A stretch of DNA of 32,000 nucleotides from Promethearchaeota archaeon (GCA_048938295.1 JBHLMI010000022.1:14643-46642); one strand, 5' to 3'. Counted from the stretch's first letter, positions 17,137-25,740 are shown. Numbers and translations are program-made. The notes: generated by a model not told the origin, from the letters alone.

Positions 17137-18000
17137 ATGAGAGTGCAGTTTGACAAGCATCGGTTTCTGACCATAGCAGCCCAAGTCACCATTGCAGCTC
17201 TTTTCGGAGGGTCCCTTGCTTTCATTCTCCTCACAACGACCGATCTTGAGTATTTGTCATTGACAGCTGTGTATCCTTTCCCAATGAATATTTACATGAT
17301 TCTTATCTATGCAGCTATTGGTTTGGGGATCGTTTTTATTTTAAACTTGTTTTTCCGATTCTCTAGTCTTCGACCTGACCGGCTTTTCGTCTCTGTCCTT
17401 CTATCCCCATTACTCTTCTTGGCCACTTTATTAGTCGGTCACATTATTTTGTTGTTCTTCTTACAAGGGGTTCAAAATCTCTTTCTCTACGCCATCGTGG
17501 CCTTTGCTTCGATTTACTTTTCTATGTTTGCTATCCTGTTCATTATCCTTGATATGCTCCCCAATTGGGGAAAACAAATCATGGTGGTCTGGTACGGCGG
17601 CAGTATCGGTGCTTTCCTAGGTGTAGCCATGCCCACTCTTCCTCTCTTTGTCCTCTTCTTAGCTCTAGCCGCCTTGGATATTTTTACGGCTCAGGCAGTG
17701 AAATCAGACTGGCGCGAGCGTGTCGATGGCATGGACTTCCTTGGAACCATGCTGGGCGGCACTTTCATGGGAGTTGGCGATATCGTTTCATATTCGGCCA
17801 TCGTAGCCCACTCCTTAGTTTATTTTGGCCTTGGCTTCGCACTGGCTTCAGGATTAATGCTCTTAGCTGGTGTCGCAGTCTTAGTCTTTCTCTTCTCACG
17901 CCGCATCGAGAAACCTATCCCAGGGCTCCTTGTGGTGCTATTTGGACTCATCCCATGGATCCCCGGCGTCATCCTCGAAGTTCTTGCTAGTATAGGCTAA
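17137..18000 (+). CDS. Presenilin/SPP-like GxGD intramembrane aspartic protease (A22-like)
   Basis: 287 aa with about 9 TM. First Asp in LAALD181IF, MGVGD215 and PIPGL (PAL-like) in the correct order. ATG 17137 with AGGTGA RBS. Confidence 0.8.
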   Translation: MRVQFDKHRFLTIAAQVTIAALFGGSLAFILLTTTDLEYLSLTAVYPFPMNIYMILIYAAIGLGIVFILNLFFRFSSLRPDRLFVSVLLSPLLFLATLLVGHIILLFFLQGVQNLFLYAIVAFASIYFSMFAILFIILDMLPNWGKQIMVVWYGGSIGAFLGVAMPTLPLFVLFLALAALDIFTAQAVKSDWRERVDGMDFLGTMLGGTFMGVGDIVSYSAIVAHSLVYFGLGFALASGLMLLAGVAVLVFLFSRRIEKPIPGLLVVLFGLIPWIPGVILEVLASIG

Positions 18001-18125
18001 TTAGAGAATGGCAACTGCCTAACCAATGGATGAACAACGAATTTCCGCTGTTTTTAAAATAACTGAAGTGTCATTTGCTGTTCAAGCATAGCGTATCGAT
18101 AGCAGCCTCAATAAAGTAAAGGTAC

Positions 18126-19358
18126 CTACCCGGTAGGCCAATGTTGCAGTGCTTCGGCGAGTTCAGAATGCGATGCGGCATACTCTTCCAGAGTCTGCCC
18201 TGCCAAGGTTGCATCCACTGCTTGGCGCATAGCAGTAGCGCCAACGCGGGTGCCCTTTGGATGCCCATGGATGCCACCACCAGCCTGAATAACGCAGTCT
18301 GTACCGAAAATGTCGATGAGTGCAGGGACATGGCGTGGATGAAGACCTCCAGAAGCTACTGGTAGGGTTGGTTCCAAGTCTCCAAGAGGTTCTTTGCATT
18401 TGCGAATATTAGTTTCTACTTCTTCGCGATCCTCAGACATCTTCCCCACGGCGGTACCCACATGAAGTTGGTCAATACCTAACAGGCGGGATGCGGTAAC
18501 AATCACGGGCATCGCAATCCCATGGTAGGAGAGCTTTGTAAACGCGGCATGCATGGCACGATGACCGTGTAAAATCAGTTTGAACCCCTGACTCCGAAGG
18601 GTGGATACTGCTGAATACCCACAGGTCAGAATATCAACCATCGCCACCCGCCCCCCATGATCTTCGATGAACTGGGCCCGGTGTAGCATCTCTTGGGTTT
18701 CCGCTGTAACGTTAATCAGATAGATCTTCTTGTCACCGGTTTCATCTTCAGCACGGTCCCGTTGGTCAAGGGTAGTGATGACGCGATCTTCAAAGGGGTT
18801 AAACGCCTGGCTGGACAGGTTTTCATCATCTTTCACAATGTCACAGCCTCCTGCCCAGGCCTCGTATGCCACTGCTGCGTGGTCTTTGGTGCGTAACCCG
18901 AGTTTAGGTTTCACAATGGTCCCAACAAGAGGACGTTTACTGACTTTGACGGTTGTTCGGATGCCCGAAATACCATATGCGGGTCCTAGAAAACTTTTCA
19001 CCAGCTCCTTAGGAAATTTGATGTCGAGCAAGCGAAGGTACCGAAGATCTCCAAGTCCAAAGACATTCCCAGCCACAGAACTCATGATATTTGGTAGATT
19101 GCCGGGTTCGAAGAGTTCGATGGGGTAGGCAATTTGAGCAATGTTCTCGGTGAGTTCGAAGACCGTAGCAGCTAGTTTCTTCATGTACGGCTTTTCGGTG
19201 GTCAATTCGGTCCAGGTGCCAATGGAACTTTCGGCTGCTACACCCCCAGCCAGCCATTTCATGCTGCGATTTGGATCCTGTGGTTCAATGCGAAACGTAC
19301 AGATGGTATCGGTGGCTGAGGGAGTGTACTTGGGATTGTAAAAATCCTCATACTTCAT
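18126..19358 (-). CDS. rbcL: Ribulose-1,5-bisphosphate carboxylase large subunit, form III
   Basis: ESSIGTW, AGNVFG, GTIVKPKLG, DIVKDDENL, HGHRAMH, DQLHVGTAVGKM, SGGLHP and QAGGGIHGHP are all present. ATG 19358 with GGAGG RBS (410 aa). Confidence 0.95.
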   Translation of the reverse strand: MKYEDFYNPKYTPSATDTICTFRIEPQDPNRSMKWLAGGVAAESSIGTWTELTTEKPYMKKLAATVFELTENIAQIAYPIELFEPGNLPNIMSSVAGNVFGLGDLRYLRLLDIKFPKELVKSFLGPAYGISGIRTTVKVSKRPLVGTIVKPKLGLRTKDHAAVAYEAWAGGCDIVKDDENLSSQAFNPFEDRVITTLDQRDRAEDETGDKKIYLINVTAETQEMLHRAQFIEDHGGRVAMVDILTCGYSAVSTLRSQGFKLILHGHRAMHAAFTKLSYHGIAMPVIVTASRLLGIDQLHVGTAVGKMSEDREEVETNIRKCKEPLGDLEPTLPVASGGLHPRHVPALIDIFGTDCVIQAGGGIHGHPKGTRVGATAMRQAVDATLAGQTLEEYAASHSELAEALQHWPTG

Positions 19359-19427
19359 CAGCGATCCTCCACGTGGTAGAATGGCGACAAGTTGACCTAA
19401 AAGCGTTCGCATTGTCGCGCTCCACCG

Positions 19428-19745
19428 TTAGGCAAGACCCTCGGTAATGGTGATGAGGATAATGCCAATGACACAGGCGATGATTGCTATCAAGGTTTTG
19501 AGATCAACGTGTTCTTCGAGGCTTCGCCATCCGATGAGGGCAGCAAACAGCGGAGTTAGCAGGAATATTTGAGGGAACAGGTTTAGAGTGAGGAACATGG
19601 TAACGAGGATAAGAAGCGGGAGTAAAACACGAATCAAATTAGCAGTAAGCGGTGATATATCCTTGGCACCTGTCTTATAGAAGGCAGCGCTAACTGCCCA
19701 GGAAAAGGCGGCAATTAGTGCGGCGACGACTCCAATCAGAAGCAT
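19428..19745 (-). pseudogene. EamA/DMT transporter with an apparent in-frame internal deletion
   Basis: The EamA-type start (AALIAAFSWAVS..FYK..AKDISPLTANLIR) is joined directly to an EamA-type end (LTPLFAALIGW..LEEHV...IIACVIGIILI). Only 105 aa and 4 TM. Confidence 0.55.
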
Positions 19746-19846
19746 CGAAGGTCGGCTTCTCTCCAGTATTCTGCCATTTTACCTTTCCCATCGACCACAC
19801 AGACTTTTAACGAAGCACGCACCCAACCCACCAGTGTGGTGATTTA

Positions 19847-20269
19847 TTGCCCACCTATTCCGGTACAATCCAGTTGGAAACACAAGGAGAACCCGACATC
19901 ATCGACATTACCCAACAGGTCAAAACCCATGTCAAGAAAAGCAAAATCCAGTCTGGTTTGATTACTGTTTTCTGTACGGGGTCAACGGCAGCATTGACTA
20001 CAATTGAATATGAGTCGGGACTTCTCCATGATTTACTAGCGGCCATGGAGCGGTTCGCGCCTCGAGATGCCGTCTATGAGCATCATCTGCGTTGGCAGGA
20101 CGGGAACGGACACAGCCATGTCCGGGCAGCAATTATTGGTCCAAGCCTCACAATTCCTATCCTGAACGGGAAGATGCCCTTGGGCACCTGGCAGCAAATC
20201 GCATTCTTAGACTTAGACGTTCGACCACGCACACGACAACTCATCGTGCAAGCTGTCGGAGATACCTAA
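19847..20269 (+). CDS. yjbQ: YjbQ/UPF0047 family (secondary thiamine-phosphate synthase-like)
   Basis: IIDIT, GSTAALTTIE, DGNGHSHVRA and LGTWQQI..LDLD motifs. TTG start after GTGGTGA. Confidence 0.9.
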   Translation: MPTYSGTIQLETQGEPDIIDITQQVKTHVKKSKIQSGLITVFCTGSTAALTTIEYESGLLHDLLAAMERFAPRDAVYEHHLRWQDGNGHSHVRAAIIGPSLTIPILNGKMPLGTWQQIAFLDLDVRPRTRQLIVQAVGDT

Positions 20270-20276
20270 TAAGCGG

Positions 20277-21050
20277 TTACTTCTGTCCCTTTCTAAGGTA
20301 GATACCCTGAGGATCTAGGGCACGAAGCTTCTCCAATTCCTGTTCCGTTGGTTCTGCAGTAGTGGGGATATCTTTGGGAACAATTAAGTCAAACATGACG
20401 TTCTCTTTCACCCATTCTGAGGTCACTCCAGGATGGACAGATTTTAGTCGAATCCGTTTGGTCTTCGGATCGAAATCCATCTGACACTTATCTGTGACAA
20501 CCAACGCTGGACCCCCGCCAATGAGTCCCAGTTTTTCCCGACTTCCCGGACCCGAAAGATGGCCAGGGCTAGTCAGATAATCAAGTTTTTTCACAAACTT
20601 ACGGGCATCATGAGTGAACATGAGGATAATGCGTCCTGCTGAACTTGCGATATCATTCCCTCCACCGCTACCAGGTAACCTAACCTTGGGATTTTCGAAT
20701 TCACCGATGTAGGAGGTGTTGATGTTGCCATATTCGTCGATTTGTGCAGCGCCAAGAAAGCCCACATCAACACGTCCACCCATCATCAAGAATCCGAGGG
20801 TTTCGATAAGCCCAATGGATGATGCTGCACGGAAACCCAATCGTGAATCGGCCACCGATAAGGCAAGGTCTTTGTTTTGTGTATCGACGTTGCCCCCTTC
20901 ATAAATGATGATTGCATTGGGGGCGTGGGTCACCTTTGCTAGCATGGCTCCAAGCACGGGAAGCCCTGTTCCTGCAAAGACGCGCTCACCATCTTTGACT
21001 GCATGCGCACCACAAACCGCCATCATTTCTGTCGAGGTATACTCTGTCAT
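20277..21050 (-). CDS. CoA-transferase beta subunit (glutaconate CoA-transferase GctB-like)
   Basis: VFAGTGLP, catalytic Glu candidate IIYE51GG, GFLGAAQIDEYGNINT, RLPGSGGGNDI and FVKKLDYLTSPG. Confidence 0.92.
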   Translation of the reverse strand: MTEYTSTEMMAVCGAHAVKDGERVFAGTGLPVLGAMLAKVTHAPNAIIIYEGGNVDTQNKDLALSVADSRLGFRAASSIGLIETLGFLMMGGRVDVGFLGAAQIDEYGNINTSYIGEFENPKVRLPGSGGGNDIASSAGRIILMFTHDARKFVKKLDYLTSPGHLSGPGSREKLGLIGGGPALVVTDKCQMDFDPKTKRIRLKSVHPGVTSEWVKENVMFDLIVPKDIPTTAEPTEQELEKLRALDPQGIYLRKGQK

Positions 21051-21065
21051 CTGGACCAGGTCCTC

Positions 21066-22009
21066 CTAATACCCATATCTGGGGTCTGCACGCAACTCCC
21101 TCATACGTTTTTCACCGATTTTTTTCAGCAGCCCCTCATGGCTTTCCACGCTAAGAATCCACTCATCCAAGTATTTCTGCCAGCCCTCCTCGGTGCTACA
21201 TTCTTTTACGTAATATTGTAAGTGGGGCAAATCATAGTCGTACACCCCATACACCTGCATGGGCCAACTCCCGAAGGGCAGTTCAACGACATAATCCACA
21301 TAGAGGCTGGGAATCATCGTCATATCTGGATTCTGTCGAATCTCCTTATTCGAAATGATTTCTTCAACGAACACAATCGACTTTTTCGCACATCGAGCGA
21401 TTTCGTTATCTTCACCTTTAATCCCAAAAATCTGGATGTTCCCTGCCTGATCAGCTTTCTGAGCACAAATCACTCCGAAATCTGCTTGAATTGAAGGCAA
21501 CAATGTAATCGGCATTCCCGTGAACGGACAGCTAATTACCTTGACTTTGTCCTTCCGAAGCCGATATTTTTCCATCATGTCTGTGCCAATCATATGGCGA
21601 ATCGGCATAAATGGCACATTCAAGGCCCCTCCGAGAAAACGGAGAGCCATCGCTAGGTTTGAGTAGTCTTCAAACTTAACCTTACCTTCTTTTGTACGCC
21701 GACGAAGATTTGGAGCAAGACCTAAGGCTTCGATAGCAAAGAAAGCCACTTCAAACTCTAAACACACCTCGGCTCCGACCAGGATTTCTTGACTATTAAG
21801 AAGACATCTTAATAATTATCAAGGTCATGTTCCGAGCCACATGTCATGATTCTAAGGTTGCGCTTGTTCTGGCGGATGAGTTCCATGGCGAAGGCTTCGG
21901 GTGGGCGTTGGTAGCCGAAGCCGCCCCAGGCGATGTGAGCTCCGTCGGGAACCAGTTTCGCTGCTTCTGTGAGCGTGATGCGTTTGTCTTCGATTGCGGG
22001 TTCACCCAT
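21066..22009 (-). CDS. CoA-transferase alpha subunit (GctA-like), two exons: 22009-21818 and 21785-21066, 303 aa after splicing
   Basis: Exon 1 (ATG 22009, GGTGA RBS) encodes MGEPAIEDK...DGAHIAWGGFGYQRPPEAFAMELIRQ...SEHDLD. Exon 2 continues ILVGAEVCLEFEVAFFAIEALGLAPNLRR...YSN...RFLGGALNVPFMP...HAQ-like CAQKADQAGN. The joined sequence HDLDILVGA is family-like. Confidence 0.88.
21786..21817 (-). other. 32-nt bulge-helix-bulge (BHB) intron in an mRNA
   Basis: Minus strand reads GAC CTTG ATA ATTATTAAGA TGTCT TCTTAATAGT CAAG AAA TCCTG: a 4-bp central helix CTTG/CAAG, 3-nt bulges ATA and AAA, and a 10-bp intron stem. Cutting after the 2nd nt of each bulge removes exactly 32 nt and restores the frame. 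Confidence 0.8.
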
Positions 22010-22277
22010 TTTTATCACCAAAGATAAGAGGTATAGTCCAAGGTGTGGGAAGTTCATATAAGGCTTGCTTCTGCATTATTACGGGTCGCGAGCCTTTTCT
22101 CGACTTTATTCTTCTTGTATTTGTCAGTAGGAGGAGCAATGATAGCCCATCGAATGGTATCATCTATGGTTTTGGTCAATATCCTTTTTGGAGACATACC
22201 GGACCAGATTCTGGATAGTAATTCAATCCTATTGTTATTTCAGTCATCCTTATTCCAAGATCCTCCCTTCTCAACGA

Positions 22278-22853
22278 CTATTTTTGACCATATCTTTCAT
22301 AGTGAATGAATTCTTCGAGCTGTTTCCGGGGACGGGATTTCTCTTGGGAAGTTGTGTGTCCCAAAGGGATAATGGCGATTGGCCTAATTGTGGGGGGTAA
22401 TTTGATGACCTTGCTTAGGGCGTCTTCCCGGTACATGCCAACCCAACATGCACCAAGCCCCCTATTGGCGGCTGCAAGGAGAAGATTCATGGTGGTGATA
22501 GCGGAGTCTTGGATACAAAACCTGTCAGCAAAGATGTTACTCTGTTTGCCTTTGTAAGCTTGGGTATCCGTGCAAACAACTATGATTACTGGAGCTTTTT
22601 TGATGAAGTTTTGGGGAGTCACTGTAATTGAACGATGTGATGAGATGGGTACCTTTATCCCCGTGGTCGTTTCCCAGATTCGTTCAATGGTCTCTGGTTC
22701 TCGTACAATGATAAACCGCCACGGTTGATTGTTGCCTGCGGAAGGAGCCCATCGAGCTGCTTCTAATATATGAGAGATATCTTCATTTGAGACAGGTTCA
22801 TCCGTGAAATAATGAATACTTCGGCGCTTCTTTACTAATTCATCAAACTCCAA
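22278..22853 (-). CDS. Nitroreductase family protein
   Basis: RRSIHYF, AARWAPSAGNNQPWRF, LAAANRGLGACWVG and IIPLGH...RPRK. TTG start with GGAGG RBS. Confidence 0.92.
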   Translation of the reverse strand: MEFDELVKKRRSIHYFTDEPVSNEDISHILEAARWAPSAGNNQPWRFIIVREPETIERIWETTTGIKVPISSHRSITVTPQNFIKKAPVIIVVCTDTQAYKGKQSNIFADRFCIQDSAITTMNLLLAAANRGLGACWVGMYREDALSKVIKLPPTIRPIAIIPLGHTTSQEKSRPRKQLEEFIHYERYGQK

Positions 22854-22914
22854 TAAGACAACCTCCTCTCGCTATACCTATGAGGAAATCTTTCTTAATC
22901 CGCTTTTTGGCAGA

Positions 22915-24348
22915 CTAGAGTACTTTTGCTTCAAGAACATCTTTGACGGTAAGCACTTCAAGGACGTTCGTTTTGCCTGGCACCAAAGCAGAGGCACGAA
23001 CAACCACAATACGGTCCTTTGGCTTTACGATGCCTTCGGTATGAAGGCGTTTGATGGCCAGTTGTAATAATTCGTCCACATTATCACAATGTTGAATGAG
23101 GAGACTTTCAGTGCCCCAGAGAAGCTTTAGTTGTCGTTGCACGCGAAGATGGGGAGTACTGGCGATTATCCGAACAAAGGGGCGATATTTGGATACCATA
23201 CGGGCGGTATATCCAGCCATGGTGAACACTAGAATCGTCTGGACATCCAAGTTCCTTACGATGGAAACCACTGAGCGACCAAGTTCTTCGGCAATCAAAT
23301 GCTGCCCGGAATCATAGTAGGTCAAATCCCGTTGGGGGAAAGAAGGAATGACTTGTCGTCCAATTGTTTCCATGACCTTCACTGCTGCAACAGGATGACG
23401 ACCAACAGCGGTTTCTGCAGAAAGCATAACGGCATCAGATCCATCTAAGATAGCGTTAGCTACATCACTAGTTTCTGCCCGCGTGGGGCGCGAGTTACGC
23501 ACCATGGACTCAAGCATTTGGGTAGCAACGATAACAGGTTTTCCCGCTTGATTGCACTTGTGGATGATTTTCTTTTGAAGAAGAGGCACTTGTTCAGGAG
23601 GGATTTCAACACCTAAATCGCCCCGAGCCACCATGATGCCATAACTGGCATCGAGGATTGCGTCAAAGTTTTCAATGGCTTTGGTATGCTCGATTTTAGA
23701 GATGAGGGGTATATCGGTTCCTTCATTTCGAAGGAATCCTTGAACTTTTTCAACCTCGCTTCTCTGTTTGACCGCTGAAATCGCCACATACTCAGGACTG
23801 AGTTCTGATATGAACTTGAGGTGTTCGATGTCTTGCGGTGTCGGCACCGCCATTCCGAGATCGACACCAGGAACATTTACACCCTTGTTAGTACTGAGTT
23901 CCCCTCCTGTAACGACGGAGCTGTGGATTTCTGAACCCTCTATGTTATCAACCCGAAGTTCGACAATACCGTCGTTGATGAAGATGCTTTGACCAGTTTC
24001 AATTAGTGTGGGAAGCGTCTTCAACGATACACTAACTCGAGCAGCATCACCCTCAATGTCTTCAGTAGTTAGGGTAATATGGTTACCTTCTTCCAAGTCG
24101 AAGGCTTCTTTGACTTGTCCGATTCGCACCCGGGGTCCTTCAAGGTCCATGAGAATCGGATGATTTGGCAGATGCTTTCGAATTCGGTCAAATCGGGCTC
24201 GATGATCAGCAATTGTGCCATGTGACAGGTTTAAGCGGAGAACATCCATTCCAGCCTTCGCCATCGCGATGAGTGTCTCTTTACTTTCACAGGCGGGTCC
24301 AATGGTGCAGACTATTTTAGAACGGGTGGGAATCGTTTTTTGCTTCAC
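22915..24348 (-). CDS. pyk: Pyruvate kinase
   Basis: KIVCTIGPA, RLNLSHG, MDLEGPRVR, SKIEH, GIMVARGDLGVE, ATQMLESM and DAVMLSAETAVG. Confidence 0.97.
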   Translation of the reverse strand: MKQKTIPTRSKIVCTIGPACESKETLIAMAKAGMDVLRLNLSHGTIADHRARFDRIRKHLPNHPILMDLEGPRVRIGQVKEAFDLEEGNHITLTTEDIEGDAARVSVSLKTLPTLIETGQSIFINDGIVELRVDNIEGSEIHSSVVTGGELSTNKGVNVPGVDLGMAVPTPQDIEHLKFISELSPEYVAISAVKQRSEVEKVQGFLRNEGTDIPLISKIEHTKAIENFDAILDASYGIMVARGDLGVEIPPEQVPLLQKKIIHKCNQAGKPVIVATQMLESMVRNSRPTRAETSDVANAILDGSDAVMLSAETAVGRHPVAAVKVMETIGRQVIPSFPQRDLTYYDSGQHLIAEELGRSVVSIVRNLDVQTILVFTMAGYTARMVSKYRPFVRIIASTPHLRVQRQLKLLWGTESLLIQHCDNVDELLQLAIKRLHTEGIVKPKDRIVVVRASALVPGKTNVLEVLTVKDVLEAKVL

Positions 24349-24504
24349 CTTTCCACCACACTCATGGTCTAGCTGAACACCATTTCTGAGAACCTAATTA
24401 GTGTTACTACTAACCTGCTATTTCGGCTACACAACCCGGGAAAAACCCTAGAATCATCGTGACTTTTATAACCCATATAATCGCAGTGGAACAGCTGAGC
24501 CAGC

Positions 24505-24789
24505 ATGTATGTCACGATTCGATACCTGAGTGTCATCCGTGAAATTACGGGCACCCGTGAAGAGGTCATCGAAGTTGACAATGGCGCAACAATAGAAGGC
24601 GTCCTTAAGATACTGACAAAAAAATATGGTAAATCCTTTCATCACATGATTCGTTCTGGTCGTGACATTCGAGGATTGCAAATCATATATTTTATTGATG
24701 GAAAAAACATCGCGAATTTAGACGGGTTCAAAACCACTGTTCATAATGAAAGTGAACTCGTGATTATCCCACCAGTAGCTGGTGGCTAA
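24505..24789 (+). CDS. MoaD/ThiS/SAMP-family ubiquitin-like protein
   Basis: 94-aa beta-grasp pattern ending in IIPPVAGG (di-Gly). Confidence 0.9.
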   Translation: MYVTIRYLSVIREITGTREEVIEVDNGATIEGVLKILTKKYGKSFHHMIRSGRDIRGLQIIYFIDGKNIANLDGFKTTVHNESELVIIPPVAGG

Positions 24790-24795
24790 GCCTGC

Positions 24796-25740
24796 CTAGA
24801 CAAGATTGGCTGGATCATTGTAGTGATTTGGGTTAGGATGAATCTTTCTGATTAAGCTGGTGTCAAATACCTCAGCTTCTGAGAGACCTCGTTTGATGTA
24901 TCCCATCTCTCTAAGTACAGGAACAAAAGCAAGAGTGGATTCGATGTACTCGCGAGGCAGACTAGCGCAGTATTTAGGTGATACACGAAAGACCTGCTGC
25001 AGAAAGGGTTCATCCACGATTCCGATCTCTTTTGCGGCTATTGCTGCAGCTTTTTCCGGTTTTTCGCGCATCAGGTTGCACGCGGCTTCATGGATTTCTA
25101 AGAAGCCCTTTACAAGGTCAGCTGATTCTGAAATCATCTGTGTCGTTGCCACAATGCCGTAACTGGGATTGTAAGGCCAGATAGCATTGGGCGGTAGGAC
25201 AAGTGTAGCTCCAAGATACTTGTTAGCGAGAACAGCAAGTGGAGGCGTTCCGCATCCACCGGCGACATCTCCATCTTCCATAGCTTCCAGAATAAAATCT
25301 GCCCAAGTGAAGTTTTTGATTGTAACAGACATTGCTAGTCCAGCATCTGCAATGAGTTTACGAATTATGACATCATGAATCGACCCTTGCGATGGTGTCC
25401 CGATCTTTTTTCCCTTGAATTGTTGTAAGGTTGCCTCCACGGATCCAGTTTCTTGCAGAGTCTTGTAACCTGCTAGCCCCGTTACCACGGTGCCTTCAAT
25501 ATGACCTCCTGCTACACAGAGAATATCTAACCCCTGTTCAATGCCAATCATAGCTGGAGGTAGACCGATATATCCGAGATCCAGATCTCCTTTTTTGAAG
25601 GATTGAACCATGGCGGGTCCCGTCGGAAAAAGCGTCCACTCGGATCTGATTCCCATTTTCTCTTCCACCCAATGTGACCCCATCAAAACAAAGGCAGTAT
25701 GGTAGGCGGTTGAAAGATGGCCGATACGAAGAGTAGTCAT
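24796..25740 (-). CDS. NMT1/SsuA/NitT-TauT-type periplasmic-binding-fold protein without a signal peptide
   Basis: LRIGHLST, FPTGPAMVQSF..GDLDLGYIGLPPA, KIGTPSQGSIHD and NPSYGIV. No N-terminal hydrophobic segment. Confidence 0.8.
   Translation of the reverse strand: MTTLRIGHLSTAYHTAFVLMGSHWVEEKMGIRSEWTLFPTGPAMVQSFKKGDLDLGYIGLPPAMIGIEQGLDILCVAGGHIEGTVVTGLAGYKTLQETGSVEATLQQFKGKKIGTPSQGSIHDVIIRKLIADAGLAMSVTIKNFTWADFILEAMEDGDVAGGCGTPPLAVLANKYLGATLVLPPNAIWPYNPSYGIVATTQMISESADLVKGFLEIHEAACNLMREKPEKAAAIAAKEIGIVDEPFLQQVFRVSPKYCASLPREYIESTLAFVPVLREMGYIKRGLSEAEVFDTSLIRKIHPNPNHYNDPANLV

Noticed and set aside
21809-21811. Stop-codon read-through (Sec/Pyl) or ribosomal frameshifting as the explanation for the split CoA-transferase
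   Set aside because: The stop is TAA and the downstream half is in another frame. Read-through would not rejoin them and would add non-homologous residues, whereas 32-nt excision gives a seamless junction.
22131-22170. Second possible BHB around the 22139-22163 hairpin
   Set aside because: The candidate central helix ACCA/UGCU has a C-C mismatch, and excision restores no reading frame.
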